Positions 26,311-40,129 of a stretch of 64,000 nucleotides of DNA are shown piece after piece; the first letter of the stretch is position 1, and every line of letters begins with the position of its first letter. Under the pieces are notes generated by a model, which saw only the letters and a list, made by a program, of their open reading frames with translations, was not told the origin of the DNA and did not search any database. Source of the DNA: Octopus sinensis. Lineage: Eukaryota. A program made the translations under genes and the position numbers. The stretch is taken from NCBI RefSeq assembly GCF_006345805.1, contig NC_043018.1:27652001-27716000 (forward strand), written 5' to 3'.

Positions 26311-26313
<3 letters not shown>

Positions 26314-26736
26314 GCCATGATGCAGTACCAGGCAGTGGGTCTCGTGGCTTCTGATCTTAACTCATTGGAAGTGTTATCATGTACATTGATTTGTCTTGGT
26401 ATAAAAGACGGGCTACAGCAAATATTCTGCTCAATACCACAGATTTGCTTGTCAGTTGCTTGACAGTTGAGCATGTCCCTAAGTGACTGACAATATGTGC
26501 ATCTCCGATCATGAGCAGAAATAGTGGAAGAGCATCATAGCCATGTGTTGCGAGGGATTCTTTCGGGTTTTAATAATTCACCCCTAGAAACATGGGTGTT
26601 TCGTTCAACATCCTTAAACAATCCTTATTCAGGGACCTTTTGAGCGGGATGGGCTACTCGACCAGAAGAAAATTCTAATTGAGCATTTTCCTTAGTGGCT
26701 GACGATATATATATATATATATATATATATCTATAT

Positions 26737-26767
<31 letters not shown>

Positions 26768-27124
26768 CTGATCACGAGCAGAAGCTGTTGGGGAGCATCA
26801 TAGCCAAGTGTTGAGATGAAATTCTGGGGGTTTAAATAATTCACTTCTTGAAACATGGGTGCTTCGTTCACCATCCTTAAACAACCCTTACTCAAGAATC
26901 TTTTGGGCATGATGGACTATTCGATCTGAGGAAAATTCTATCTGGGTCCCACCCGCAAAGTCCTGCGCTGTTCGTCATGATATGAGATCACCATGTCGTG
27001 CACATATGGTTGTGATGTATATGGCTAATATACCCTTATCAGATGGGTAGTCATGATGAGTATACTGCGCTTCGTATATTTGTACCCCAGTGTCATTTTC
27101 AAGGCAGGCACTGTTCTCTTACTC

Positions 27125-27125
<1 letters not shown>
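26311..27125 (+). mobile_element. Two overlapping partial copies of the (TAA)n-tailed non-coding element
   Basis: Copy 1 is 26311-~26690. Copy 2 is ~26679-27125 with an internal (TA)n expansion. Confidence 0.75.
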
Positions 27126-27164
<39 letters not shown>

Positions 27165-28161
27165 TATAATAATAATAATATAATAATAATAATAATAAAA
27201 TAATAATATAATAATAATATAATAATAATAATAATAATAAAATAATAAGAAGAAGAAGAAGAAGAAGAAAAGAAGAAGAAGAAGTTTACCTCCAGCCATC
27301 GGGTAGTGGGTTGTTAGTCACCCTTTCCAACCAAAGAAGGGCATTCGATGATATTCATTGTATACTCGACTGATAACCAGGTACGTCCTAAACATGACAG
27401 CAGCTATTTGATACATGCCCACCAATCGGTAATGTATAGACAGAAATCGATAGAGTACAAGGTTACATTGCCTCTACAGGCTTGGAGGTATCCATCACGG
27501 ATTCTGCTATTGGGTGTTTTGTTACTGAAAAGGTTGTCTCAAACCATTAATGTCTCTTTGTATGCAACGCCCACACCCAGAACTACTTCCAGGCCATCGT
27601 TGATCAGGAACTTGAATAGCATCAATGAGAAGGATAACGACTTAACAACACACACGCATACACTTGCACTTGCAAAAACACACAGATGCTTGAGTTCTTT
27701 GAGGACAATTCTTTCAAACGCTCTACCTTACTTCTTATTTATTTTACCTTACTTTTGAGATACATAATGTCAGACATCACGCCGGCTCTGCATATGAAGA
27801 GGCATACTGTATTTGTTGCCTTGAATGTGCAGCATAGTGATACAGAGATAGCTCACTTCCTAAAAGTTGCCTGATCCTAAAATTTCGAAACGAGGGAGGA
27901 AATGCTGACAAGGATCTAAAATCATCTGTTAAACACAAAATGCGTGTGCCTTGGTTAGGCATAAAACGTAAACATAAATGGCGTTTAAAAGTTAAGACAG
28001 AAGGTAGAACTTTATTAATGCATTCATAGATTACACCATAACATATAATCCACCATCATCAGGTAAAATCTTAAACAGGTAAGATTTCAAACAGGTGAGA
28101 TTTCCTACATCGGTATGGACAAATCCAAGGTAGATAATTGATCCAACTGATGTATATATAT

Positions 28162-28465
28162 GGAGACGCAATGGCCTAGTGGTTAGAGCAGCGGACTCGC
28201 GGTTGTAGGATCGTGGTTTCGATTCCCAGACCGGGCGTTGTGAGTGTTTATTGAGCGAAAACACCTAATGCTCCACGAGGCTCCGGCAGGGGGGGGAAGG
28301 GGATCCCTGCTGTACTCTTTCGCCACAACTTTCTCTCACTCTTTCTTCTGTTGGCCTCCTCGCTTAGCCAGCGGGGTGGCGGCAACTGAAGGCTAAAACA
28401 ATGCAAAGTGCATTGTGACCAGCGATGTGTAGCAACATCTGATAGCCTGATCGGTCGCGGTGATC

Positions 28466-28470
<5 letters not shown>
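28162..28470 (+). mobile_element. tRNA-derived SINE (family B-related)
   Basis: ggagacgcaatggcctagtggttagagc...ggtttcgattccc head. Related to 31367-31640. Confidence 0.7.
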
Positions 28471-28505
<35 letters not shown>

Positions 28506-29476
28506 CATACATACATATGTATAGAATATGAGGGGTTTAGTTCACTTGTGATCTAAACGAATAGATACGCTAGGTAAGTGCTATAGTTAGTTAACCATTA
28601 GGTTCCAAGATCACAGCTAAGGCTGGATCTAGCAATCTGTGTTAGGGTTCTGTTATATCATGTATATATCATATTCGAGGAAAAATTTAAATCAAGTTAG
28701 AACGAGTATCTTAAGTCATTTACAATAATTTAATTATGGTAAGGTACCCTAATTAAGTTATTCTAAATGACTTGAGATACTCGTTCTGCCTTGGTTTTGA
28801 TTTTCGTTTAAAATAAATATATATACACGCATAAGCACGCGCGCACACACACAAACTAGTGCACGCACGCACACGCAAACACACACACACACGAATATAT
28901 ATGTATCTATGAATATCAGACCATCGTATTACCATCACCATTATCATCATAATGATCACCGTTATCATTATAATGAACACTGTTATCATCATCATCAGTG
29001 TTATCATCGTCGTCATCATCAGTTTTCCTTTTTTTCCGACAACAGCATTGTCCAGTTACTTATCTGCCGAGAGTACTTGACGATGGTCCAGATAATGAAC
29101 ACTCAACCTCTATCTAAGCTGGACCCATGGTTGTATCTCGATCAAAAAGACAGTTTGCGGAACAAACGTATCTTAAGACTACGGTAGGATTTGAACCCTG
29201 AACGGCACGAACCAGTACTAATATCTCACAATGAGCAGACCGTCCAACTTTGAGGAATCCTGTCTGTGCATTTTCCAAGATTGCTGCTTTATTTTTAAGA
29301 CCCCTTACAAATCAAAGGCAATATTGACCTCAGCTGTATTCGATCGCAGAACGTTAAGACCCGGAACAAATACTTCGCAACGTCCAGTCCGCCCCACTCT
29401 GACGGATCCGTAAATCCATCTATCAAGATTTCTATTCTATTTCAATAATGACCTCGTTGGAATGCAAAGCAAAGTT

Positions 29477-30218
29477 GGATCTCTTCAAGTTAGCACACAG
29501 GTTTTAAAATTATTATTTTTTTTTAAATAAACAGTTTGAAACTTCGTATACTGGTGTAATTTCTCACGCTGAATACGTTCTACTTTCAGCATTTTTGACA
29601 AAATTTCGTATTTTAGAAGTTATTTCGTGTTAAAGTTGTCGTATTTGGGTAATTTCAACCAATCAACGGCATGTATTCAACTGAATAAACCTACAGCCAA
29701 AGAGCAACAATTTCCGGGTCATCTCTACAAAATGTCACCAATCTGTTCTATTTTAATTTTGTTTACCACCCGTGTTGCATATTGCACAATTCATTTTTTT
29801 TTAGTTTTCGATCTCGTCTTTGTACATTTGTATTTTACTCACTCGTACAAAGAGGTGATTGGAAAGCAAAAAACCAAAAAAAAAAAAAAAACTGTGCATT
29901 ATGCAACACAGGCAGTAAACAAAAATAAAATAGAACAGAGTAGGGACATTTAGTAGAGATGACCCCGGACGTTGTTGCTCTTCGATTACTGTCGCAAACA
30001 ACAGTAGCTTTCTTCAGCTGAATACACGTCGTTGATTGGTTAAAATTACCCAAATACGACAACTTTATAACAGGAAATAAATTTTAAAATACGATATTTT
30101 GTCAAAAGTGTTGAAAGTAAACCGTGTTCAGCGTGAGAAATCACACCAGTATACGAATTTCAAACTGTTTAGTTAAAAAAAAAATGTTTTTAATCTGTGA
30201 GCTAAAGTGAAGAGATTT
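29477..30218. mobile_element. Fold-back MITE with ~310-bp imperfect arms and probable 8-bp TSD
   Basis: Termini ggatctcttc / gaagagattt, flanks GCAAAGTT and GCAAACTT. Arms pair inward to ~29790/~29892. Shares aaacttcgtatactggt with the 8.9-kb MITE. Confidence 0.8.
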
Positions 30219-30879
30219 GCAAACTTGACCTGGTCAGGGTTTGAACTCAGAACGCAAAGAGCCGGAACGAATAACAAGGCAATTTGTCTAACGCTTCAAC
30301 GACTCTAAAACCTAAACAACATATTTTTCAATTCAACAAGAGGTGCACGAATATCCTCACCCTACCAACATTGCATATCTTCATATTTTCTCCACCACCA
30401 CCACCACCAATACCAGCACCAGTAACAACAACAACGACAACAACAGCACATTCCCTTACCATTTCTTCTCATGTTCCTCATCGTTTTCCGCTTCCTCTTT
30501 CTAATTCTGCTCCACCCCTTCCATTTTCTCCCCTCACCTCTCACTTTACCTTCATCAATTCCTGTTGTGAAGAAGAGGTCAATGCCAAAATGGTAATTTG
30601 TTTGCATATACGGAAACTGTTCTGTGTGTGTATGTGCGTGTGTGCATGTGTGTGAATGTATCTTTAGTATGTGTGCATGCGTGCGTTTGTGTGTGTATGC
30701 GTATGTGTGTATGTGTGTTTGTGTGAAGAAGCGCTGCTATGTGAGAGGATATATATTTTGCAAAAAAATTCCTCTCTTGACTCATTCACAACAAACAAGA
30801 CAACGTGATTCTGTGTGTGTGTATAGGCACACACACATACATATTCTACACATACACACACACACACACACGTACATAT

Positions 30880-30974
30880 ATATATATATATAATATATAT
30901 ATATATATATAATATATATATATATATACAGACATACATACAAGTAAATGTATATATGCGTGTTCGTGTGCATT

Positions 30975-31008
<34 letters not shown>

Positions 31009-31070
31009 ATATATATATACAGGCATACATACAAGTATATGTATATATGCGTGTTCGTGTGCATTGTGTG
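30880..31070 (+). repeat. ~92-bp tandem duplication within microsatellite
   Basis: atacag(a/g)catacatacaagta(a/t)atgtatatatgcgtgttcgtgtgcatt at ~30925 and ~31017. Confidence 0.7.
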
Positions 31071-31103
31071 TGTATATATACATATATATATTTATACACA
31101 CAT

Positions 31104-31269
31104 ATATAATATATAGGTGTATGTATGTATGTACATCAATCTGTTTATCTCTTCATATATTCACAAATTAATGTGTACATGTATGTGTTTATACAAGCAC
31201 AAACGAACACTACATATATATATATATATATACTTAATAGGTATGTATGTTTGTATGTACCTAAGTAAG

Positions 31270-31326
<57 letters not shown>

Positions 31327-31405
31327 TGTGTGTGTGTGTGTGTTTGTATGTGTGTGTGCGCGTAAAGAGGCATAGCCTTATGGTTAGTCCATCACATTCG
31401 TGACC
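31104..31405 (+). repeat. Segment duplicated at 36495-36736
   Basis: Near-identical catcaatctgtttatctcttcatatattcacaaattaatgtgtacatg...gttagtccatcacattc(g/a)tgacc. Confidence 0.88.
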
Positions 31406-31640
31406 GCTAGATCGTGTTCGGTTCCCAGACCGGGCGGCGAGTTGAGTTTTTGAACGAAAACACTTAATTTAACCCCATCCCTACACATCTTTCGATAAGG
31501 GCGGAGGGGGGGGTATAGGGCTGAATGTTGGTGGCCTGCTCGACTAGCCAGAGGGCTGGCGTCATTGGAATGTCGAAATGAAAGCGCACTGGGACCAGCG
31601 ACGTGTAACAATATCTGATAGACAGTTCGGTTACGTGATC
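31367..31640 (+). mobile_element. tRNA-derived SINE (family B-related)
   Basis: Diverged paralogue of 28162-28470. Confidence 0.55.
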
Positions 31641-31696
31641 GCGATATACATATATGTATGTTTGTATATATATATATATAATATATATATATATAT

Positions 31697-31749
<53 letters not shown>

Positions 31750-32956
31750 TATATATATATATAATATCATTGTATAAAGTTAAAACATGGTCTAGTTTTC
31801 ACGTTTTTTATTATGTATGTGTATGTGTGTGTTTTGTGTATGCATGCATCTTTATCTATATCTATATGTATTATATATAACATATATATACATATATTAT
31901 ATATATACATACATACATATATGCACATATATACTGATATAAATACACAAACAAGCATATATATATATATATTATATATAATATATATATATATATAGTA
32001 TATATATATGTATATAAGATATATATATATATATATTATATATATGTATATAAGATATATATATATATAATATATAATATATGTGTGTGTGTGTATGTGT
32101 GTGTATACCTCTGTCTACCCATTCACCCCCACATACCTATTACTACATGTTTTTGTTTATTGTGAAATGACGTAACTGTGGAATTTCTGCAAGAGAATTT
32201 GTACTTTACCAATTTGGTCAGATGACCGAATCATTCCTCTTCTCTCCTCCATCATCTAACTCCACCTCCCCACTATATGACCCTCCTACCCACCCCTCGC
32301 CCAACACCCCACTCTCTGCTGTCATCAGCACCCACCCCATCCATCTCTCCACCCTAACCTGACCACCACATTCAAGCCTCTCTACCCATCCATGTCACAT
32401 GATCACAATCTGTTTCTCTCTCTGTCTCTCACTCCTCCCTCTCTCTCCCTCTCTCTCTCTCTCTTTGGCATTTTCTAAATCAACCAAAACATACTGTCCT
32501 TTGTTCGGAAAGTTTGAATGCCACGTGAAATAGTTTACGAAGAAAAATATAGAATAAAAAAATATATGATGACGTTGCTGATAAGTGATGAGGTGGTGGT
32601 GTGTGTGTGGGGTGGTGCTGCTGATAGTGGTGATGATGGTGGTGGTGGTGGTGGTGGTGGTGGAATAAGGTGCTAGTAATATAACTGTGAAGAAGGATAA
32701 GTATCACGCTGATTATGGTGATGGTAGTGATGATGATGATGATGATGATGATGATAATGGTAGTGATAATGATGATGATGATGATGAGGGTGATGATGAT
32801 ATTCATTACAATTAACACTTTATGTGCATGTTTTCCAAGATGTTACCTAATTCTTGTCTTAAGAAAGAAAATTCTTGACGTAATTCGTAAACCACGAATG
32901 ATAAACGTAAATAATAATAATAATAATAATAATAATAATCATAATAATAAAATAAT

Positions 32957-32993
<37 letters not shown>

Positions 32994-33094
32994 TGATGAT
33001 ATAATAATAATAATAATGAATGATAATAATAATATAATAATAATAATAATAATAATATAATAATAATAATGATAATAATAATAATGATGATGAT

Positions 33095-33300
33095 CCTTTC
33101 TAATGAAGGCACAAGGCCTGAAATTTGGCGGGAGGGGACAAGTCATTTGTATCGTCCCTAGAGTTTCACTGGTACTTCATTTATCGACCACGTAAAGATG
33201 AAAGGCAAAGTTGACATCGGCGGAATTTGAACTCAATAAAATTAAAGACGGATGAAATAACGCTAAGCATTTCGCCCGGCGTGAAATCGATTCTGCCAAC
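33095..33300 (-). mobile_element. SINE family A
   Basis: Reverse-complement core and tail, between (TAA)n arrays. Confidence 0.75.
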
Positions 33301-33312
33301 AACAACAACAAC

Positions 33313-33400
<88 letters not shown>

Positions 33401-33825
33401 TAATAATCTTCAGAAGAAGAAGGTTGATAATCATGATGCTGGTGGTGGTGATGACGATGATGATGATGATGATGATGAGATTGGGGTGATTTTGCTCCGA
33501 TCATCATCATCATCATGAACACGATCATGATGATGATGGTGGTGGTGATGGTGATGATGGTGGTACTGGTGCTGGTGCTGGTGATGGTGGTGGTGCTGGT
33601 GCTGGTGCTGATGGTGCTGGAGTTTTGGTGATGGTGATGCTGGTGATGGTGATGATGATGGCGATGATGATGATGATGATGATGATGATGAGGAGAGGAG
33701 GAGGAGGAGGGGGACAACGACGACAACAACATCAATAATGGATTCTTTTAATGCCACAACTGAGTCTGTATGTCGTATGGAGGAGGTTATTAAAAGGAAA
33801 ATAAACAGACATGTAAAACAACAAA

Positions 33826-33896
<71 letters not shown>

Positions 33897-34339
33897 GATG
33901 ATGATGATGATGGTGATGATGAGTAAACCGCTGAGTACAGCGTTATTAGGGCAAACATGTTTACATATTCTGACAAAATCTATTTGAAAGTTACCGTTGT
34001 TTTTAAAATAAAAATTATAAATATATTTAAAAAATAAACAGAAGAAAAAAATAAAATAAAGCAGCAACGATATGGACAAGTCTATCTTTGATGATAACGT
34101 CAGAATGTTACGTAAGCTCGTGGGTAGCGAACCTGACCTGACGACAACAACAACAACGGTAGCATTAGCATCAGTAAAAGCCATAATGGTTGTAGAAATA
34201 GCAGGAATGTTAGCGATGGCCTCTATATGGTTACTTGACTGCTAGAGATACTAACCAAATCTCCCCCAACTGATGTCCTCTAACCCTGTGATTTCTTATT
34301 TGCATACCCCCAAAATGTGTGAAAAATGATTAATATTTT

Positions 34340-34530
34340 CTTCAAACTTTGCATTTGTTACATTTATTGAAACCCCAAAGAATCTCTTTCAACACATGGC
34401 TATGATGCTCCCGCACAACTCCTGCTCATCATCAGAGATGCACATATTGTCAGCCACTAAGGGCCATGCTCATGGAGTTATGGTCAAGCAACTGACAAGC
34501 AAGTCTGTGGTATTGAGCTGAATATTTGCT
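34340..34530 (-). mobile_element. Fragment of the (TAA)n-tailed non-coding element
   Basis: Reverse complement of caaatattc..ctcaataccacagatttgcttgtcagttg...gagcatcatagccatgtgttgag. Confidence 0.7.
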
Positions 34531-35204
34531 TTATTGATATCTCTGCTTCGGCAACTCAGTACTGAATCTCTCTAAAGTGTAATGGAAAATAAGTCATCTT
34601 CAAAACCTTGATGTCCAGGTTACAAAAGCAAGGTTTGAAGGGAACGGTAGTGATTTCCTTTGACTTCTGAATAGAAGCAAATAGGAAATAATGCTTACTA
34701 ACCAAAGACAAAAAATAAAGATTTTGTTACACAATGCGATGACTTTAACAAAAAGAAGGTGCTATGCTGATCGTTTCGTTACTTGAACGAAGAAAAGGCG
34801 AAACAGTTAATTTTGGAAAACTATGATCATAGGTCACATCATAAGGATAACGTGGGGATGAACTACAACAAGCGAGCGGCTTGAAACAATTAGCTGGCTG
34901 CTGTGTGATAGTTTTACCTTCAGGGAATAGCAGCTAAATGTCTCCAAAATCACATGATTGTCATAAAAATATGGAAGGACGCATTGGATGATTTACTTTG
35001 TGGTACACTACCTCTAGGGAAAAAAACGGATGGTCACGTCTAGAAATCCTTTGCTGACAGCTCTGCCAAATTAGGGCCATCCACGCGCTCTGTAGCATTA
35101 AGTGCAGGGTTTCCAGAAATAAACTGGACAATGTAAAGAGAATGCAATGTATCTCAAAATCAGATTGCATCTCACAGTACGGTTTATTAGTGCCTGTTGT
35201 TTTC

Positions 35205-35385
35205 GAGGTTATTGCCGTTACGCTCTGAGTTCAAATTCCGCCGAGATCGACTTTAACTTTCATCCTTTCGGGGTCGATTAAATAAGTACCAGTTACGCAC
35301 TAGGGTCGATATAATGGACCTAATCCCTGTCTGTCCTTGTTTGTCTCCTCTATGTTTAGCCCCCTGCGAGCAATAAAGAAATATA
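35205..35385 (+). mobile_element. SINE family A (5'-truncated, with spacer)
   Basis: B-box, core, and the spacer ending aaagaaata. Confidence 0.75.
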
Positions 35386-35968
35386 CTTGTGTTGTTCTGG
35401 TTGTTGCTGTAGTTTAGCCCCAGGTCAACCTTATGATGAGATCTATGATCATCGTTTTCCAAAGGTGACTGTTCTCTTATTTTTCTTCCTACAAGTAGCC
35501 AAACGAAGACCACAACACCTCCGTCCGATTTTTTTGAAAGCCATAAGAGGGCATCACTTGAGTGAGATTTGGTTTGTATTTCTAGCATTCAAGTGACCAT
35601 ACACAGGCCACTACTAATATTACTGCTATTTCTTCAACTATTACTGCTCTTATTGATGATAATGCTGTTGTTGTTGTTATTGTCGTCGTCGTCGTCGTCA
35701 TTAGTTCAGGTGGGCTACCCACACGCTTACGTACCTTCAGGTAAAACACAAAATTACTATTGCCTTCAAAAATCAAATTCCAACTAAATTACCAAAACGC
35801 TTTCCTTCTCCCTCTTTCCTTTTGTCGCGTTGCATTTAGTAATTCCAAAACCCTACCTTTTCACTTCATCTAGTAGCAGGGTGGCTCCGATCGTAATGCA
35901 GAGATTGCTAGTCGCGAAGAGGCATAAGAGGAGGAACAAGAGGAGGAAACACGTGTACATCGTCATGG

Positions 35969-35999
<31 letters not shown>

Positions 36000-36029
36000 T
36001 ATTATTATTATTACTATTATTATTATTGA

Positions 36030-36320
36030 GTGAGAGAGCAGTGCATGCCATCAAAGTGACACTGCGGTAAAATATACGAACCCCAGTATACCCATCATGA
36101 CTACCCGTCTGACAAGGGTACACTAGGCATATGCATCACAACCATAAGAGCGTGACATGGTGATCTCATATCAAGATAAACAGCACATGACCTTGCAGGT
36201 GGGGCCCAGTTAGAATTTTCTTCAGGTCGAGTAGCCCATCCCGCCCAAAAGGTTCCTGATTAAGAGTTGTTTAAGGATGTTGAACGAAACACCCATGTTT
36301 CCGAAGGTGAATTATCCAAA
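36030..36320 (-). mobile_element. 3' half of the (TAA)n-tailed non-coding element
   Basis: (tat)n-gagtgagagagcagtgcatgcc..., the reverse complement of the 25000-25306 segment. Confidence 0.8.
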
Positions 36321-36743
36321 CCTTGTAGATTCGGCAAGGAAACTTTACTATTATGGCAGCAATGAAATGCTTCCTTTCCTGCGGAAATCTAAGTGCATGA
36401 CAGTGCGTTCATCTCACCAATCGTAAACTGAGAATTTTGTTGTTGTTCTGTTATTATATTCCGTCTTCTTATTAGAGCTCTGTCTATCCTAAGATATATA
36501 ATATATAAGTGTATGTATGTATGTACATCAATCTGTTTATCTCTTCATATATTCACAAATTAATGTGTACATGTATGTGTTTATACAAGCACAAACGAAC
36601 ACTACATATATATATATATATATATACATAATAGGTATGTATGTTTGTATGTACCTAAGTAAGTATATATATGTCTATGTGTGTGTGTGTGTGTAAAGAG
36701 GCATGGCCTTATGGTTAGTCCATCACATTCATGACCATCACAT

Positions 36744-37090
36744 TCATGTTTCATCTTCATCCATATTTTCCATTCTTTCATGAACCCTATTTCTCATATT
36801 TTCTAAGTACATATGTCTTTGCTCTTGACTCATGTGTTCTCGATTCTCTTGATCTCTATCTCTCTTATTTTCAAAATACACTTCTCTTTGGTCCTGGTTC
36901 ATTTGTTCTATCCTTTGCTGGTTTCTTTCCCTCTTATGCCGTAGGATACACACTCTCTCTCCTCTTGGCTTATTTCGTTTCTTCTCTGTCTCACACTCGC
37001 GCGATTTTGATTCTTTATTTCCACCCGCTGATTCTCGCGCAACCGTTCTCTCCTAGCTGACGCCCTCGTGCTACGTCTCTCATGCGATTA
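36744..37090 (-). pseudogene. Probable Helitron Rep-Hel N-terminal coiled-coil repeat fragment
   Basis: HERRSTRASARRERLRENQR...RNEISQEERECILRHKRER...MNQDQREVYFENKRDR...MSQEQRHMYLENMRNR: ~22-aa R/E/Q repeats resembling Helitron N-termini. No start codon in frame. Confidence 0.5.
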
Positions 37091-37354
37091 TCCGTATTTT
37101 AATACTTTTTATTAAAACAATAAATCTCCAAAAGGATTCAGAGTGTTTCTATTGAAAAACATATACGAATGTATGAGATAGTTTTAGTTTAAAAGATGAA
37201 AATATTTCTGAAACACTCACCTAATATGCAAAGACACAGTATACAGGATACGGTAATTAATTGTACTGTAGCGAAATAAAAAGTAAAGGGAGAAAATAGA
37301 ATTAATATTTCTTTGATTTTATTTTCGGCTCTATGAATTTTATTTTTTCTGCAC

Positions 37355-37885
37355 GAAGAAGAAGAAGAAGAAGAAGAAGAAGAAGAAGAAGAAGAAGAGG
37401 AGGAGGAGGAGGAGGAGGAGAAGAAGAAGAAGAAGAAGACGAAGGAGGAGGAGGAGAGGAGAAGAAGAAGAAGAAGTGAGGAGGAGAGGAGGAGAGAAGA
37501 AGAAGGAGGAGGAGGAGGAGGAGAAGAAAAGAAGAGGAGAGGAGGAGGAGGAGGAGAGGAGAAGAAGAAGAAGAAGAAGACGACGAAGAAGAAAGAAAGG
37601 GAGAGGAGGGAGGTAGGAAGAAGAAGAAGAATAGGAGAGTAGGAGGAGGAGGAGGAGGAGAAGAAGAAGAAGAAGAAGAATAAGAAAAGAAGACGAAGAA
37701 GAAGAAGCAGAAGAAGGCATGAGGAGGCAGGAGAGGAGTAAGGAGGATAGAAGAAGAAGAAGAAGAAGAAGAAGAAGGAGGAGGAGGAGAGGAGGAGAAG
37801 AAGAAGAAGGAGGAGGAGGAGAGGAGGAGGAGGAGAAGAAGAAGAAGAAGAAGAAGAAGAAGAAGAAGAAGAAGAAGAAGAAGAT
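37355..37885 (+). repeat. (GAA)/(GGA) polypurine tract
   Basis: ~530 bp almost devoid of pyrimidines. Confidence 0.95.
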
Positions 37886-38394
37886 ACACTATCGACTTAT
37901 GAATGCATAAAAATCTCAGTTGAGTTACTCCGATGTGAACGGAACTGTGGTCAAGAGAACTCGCTGGGTTATTATATGGAGATGCTTTAAAAGTCTGTAC
38001 TTACGACTTGCTCATATTCTGTTCTAGATTTTTTTTCTGTTTTCAGAAATATCCATTTTCTCAGATATGATACTTTTGAAAAACATAAAATTGAACAAGA
38101 CAAAATATGAAAGTAGTTTTGCAAATGATGTTTACAACAAACATACAAACGCCGATTGTTATAGATCACGTGGCTTCATTAGATTTAACCTAAATCTAAA
38201 CACTGATGACGTCAACAACAATAACAATTTCAATAAAAACATCGATAACAAAAACAACACCACCACCACCACCACGACCAACAACAACAACAATAGCCGG
38301 ATACTGAGGTACTCCGTTACGTAACCAAACAACTTGGCTCATTCACTAACGTCCTTATGACAGGACTTAATATCATTATGGGAATGATTATAAA

Positions 38395-38684
38395 GCGGTG
38401 AGTTGGCAGACTCGTTAGCGGCATTTCGCCCGTTTTTACAGTTCTGAGTTCAAATTCTGCCGAGGTCGACATTGCCTTTCATCATTTCGGGGTAGATTTA
38501 ATTAAGTACCTGTTGAATACTGGGGTCAATGTAATCGACTTGCCCCTTCCCCCAAAATTTAAGGCTTTGTCCCTATAATAGAAAGGATTATTATTATTAG
38601 TAGTGATATTTTATAGGACTGAGGTAACTCCACTAGGTATACAGAAGCAAAAAACGAAGAGTTCCATTGTTATCAAGTGAGCGA

Positions 38685-38715
<31 letters not shown>

Positions 38716-38806
38716 TTGTTGTTGTAGTAGTAGTAGTAGTAGTAATAGTAGCAACATCATCATCATCATTCTTCTTCTTCTTTTTCTTCTTTTTCTTCTT
38801 CTTCTT

Positions 38807-38869
<63 letters not shown>

Positions 38870-39530
38870 TTATTATTATTATCATCAAAGGCGGCGAGCT
38901 GGCAGAAACGTTAGCAGGCCGGGCGGGGTGCTTAGCGGTATTTCGTCCGCCACTGCGTTCCGAGTTCAAATTCCGCCGAGGTCGACTTTGCCTTTCATCC
39001 TTTCGGGGTCTATAAATTAAGTACCAGTTACGCACTGGGGTCGATATAATCGACTTAATCCGTTTGTCTGTCCTTGTTTGTCTTCTCTGTGTGTAGCCCT
39101 TTGTGGGCAGTAAAGAAATAGGTATTTCGTCTGTCTTTATGTTCTGATTTCAAATTCCGCCGAGGTCGACTTTGCCTTTTATGCTTTCGGGGTCGATAAA
39201 TTAGGTACCTGTTGTGTGTACTGGAGTCGATCGAATGGACTGACCCCACTCCCCAAAAAATTTCGGGCCTTGTGCCTGGAGTAGAGTAGATTTTTGTTAT
39301 AATTATTGTTGTTGTTGTTGCTGTTAAGGCGGCGTGCTGAGAGAATCGTTAAGTCGCCGGGCGAAATGTTTAGCAGTATCTTCGTCCGGCCTTACGTTCT
39401 GGGTTTAAAAAATTCCGCCGATTTTGCCTTTCATCTTTTCGGGGTCAACAGATTAAGTACCAGTGGATTACTGAGGTCGATGTAATCGACTACTTCATCC
39501 CTACCGATTTGTTCCTATAGTAGAAAGAAT
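38395..39530 (+). mobile_element. Three head-to-tail SINE family A copies (middle one dimeric) separated by (ATT)/(CTT)/(GTT) repeats
   Basis: Copies at ~38395-38590, ~38890-39290 and ~39327-39530. Confidence 0.8.
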
Positions 39531-39605
39531 CGCTGTGGTTTGACTGCAATGTGGTGGCTTAGTTAGAGCGACGGGCACGATGTTTAGTGACCTTTTGCTC
39601 CGAAA

Positions 39606-39673
<68 letters not shown>

Positions 39674-39940
39674 AAGAGAAAGAGAGAGAGATTCAGCCAA
39701 AGACGAAACGAACTTGATATCTAAAGAAGACAATATATGAGTCTAATATAACTGGAGACCAACTAGTTATATTCAGCAGAATTATTCTCTTCGTGAAAAT
39801 ACTAGGCTTTGCCTAATTTAGCGAGAGCAGAGTTTCCTTCCTACAGCATTAAATCTGGGAAATATGTGGGTGTGTGTGTGCGTGTGTGGGTGTGTGAATG
39901 TCTATATATACGCATATGTATGTCTATACATATATAAATG

Positions 39941-39983
<43 letters not shown>

Positions 39984-40129
39984 CATATATAAACAAACAC
40001 ACATTATAGATATTCCTCATGCGCATATGCATGCATCTATACATCTCTCTACATAACAACATAGCAATGTATGTATTTATTTATAACTATATTGAATTTA
40101 TTGTCAACTTATTTAAGCGGTTGCACCCA

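Noticed and set aside
28031-28060. Minus-strand CTGATGA as another hammerhead
   Set aside because: No stem II partner or GAAA follows; at best a destroyed motif.
28162-28235. tRNA genes at SINE heads (also 7960, 11560, 12600, 52884)
   Set aside because: They have A/B-box-like motifs but no complete cloverleaf, and each continues into a multi-copy SINE body.
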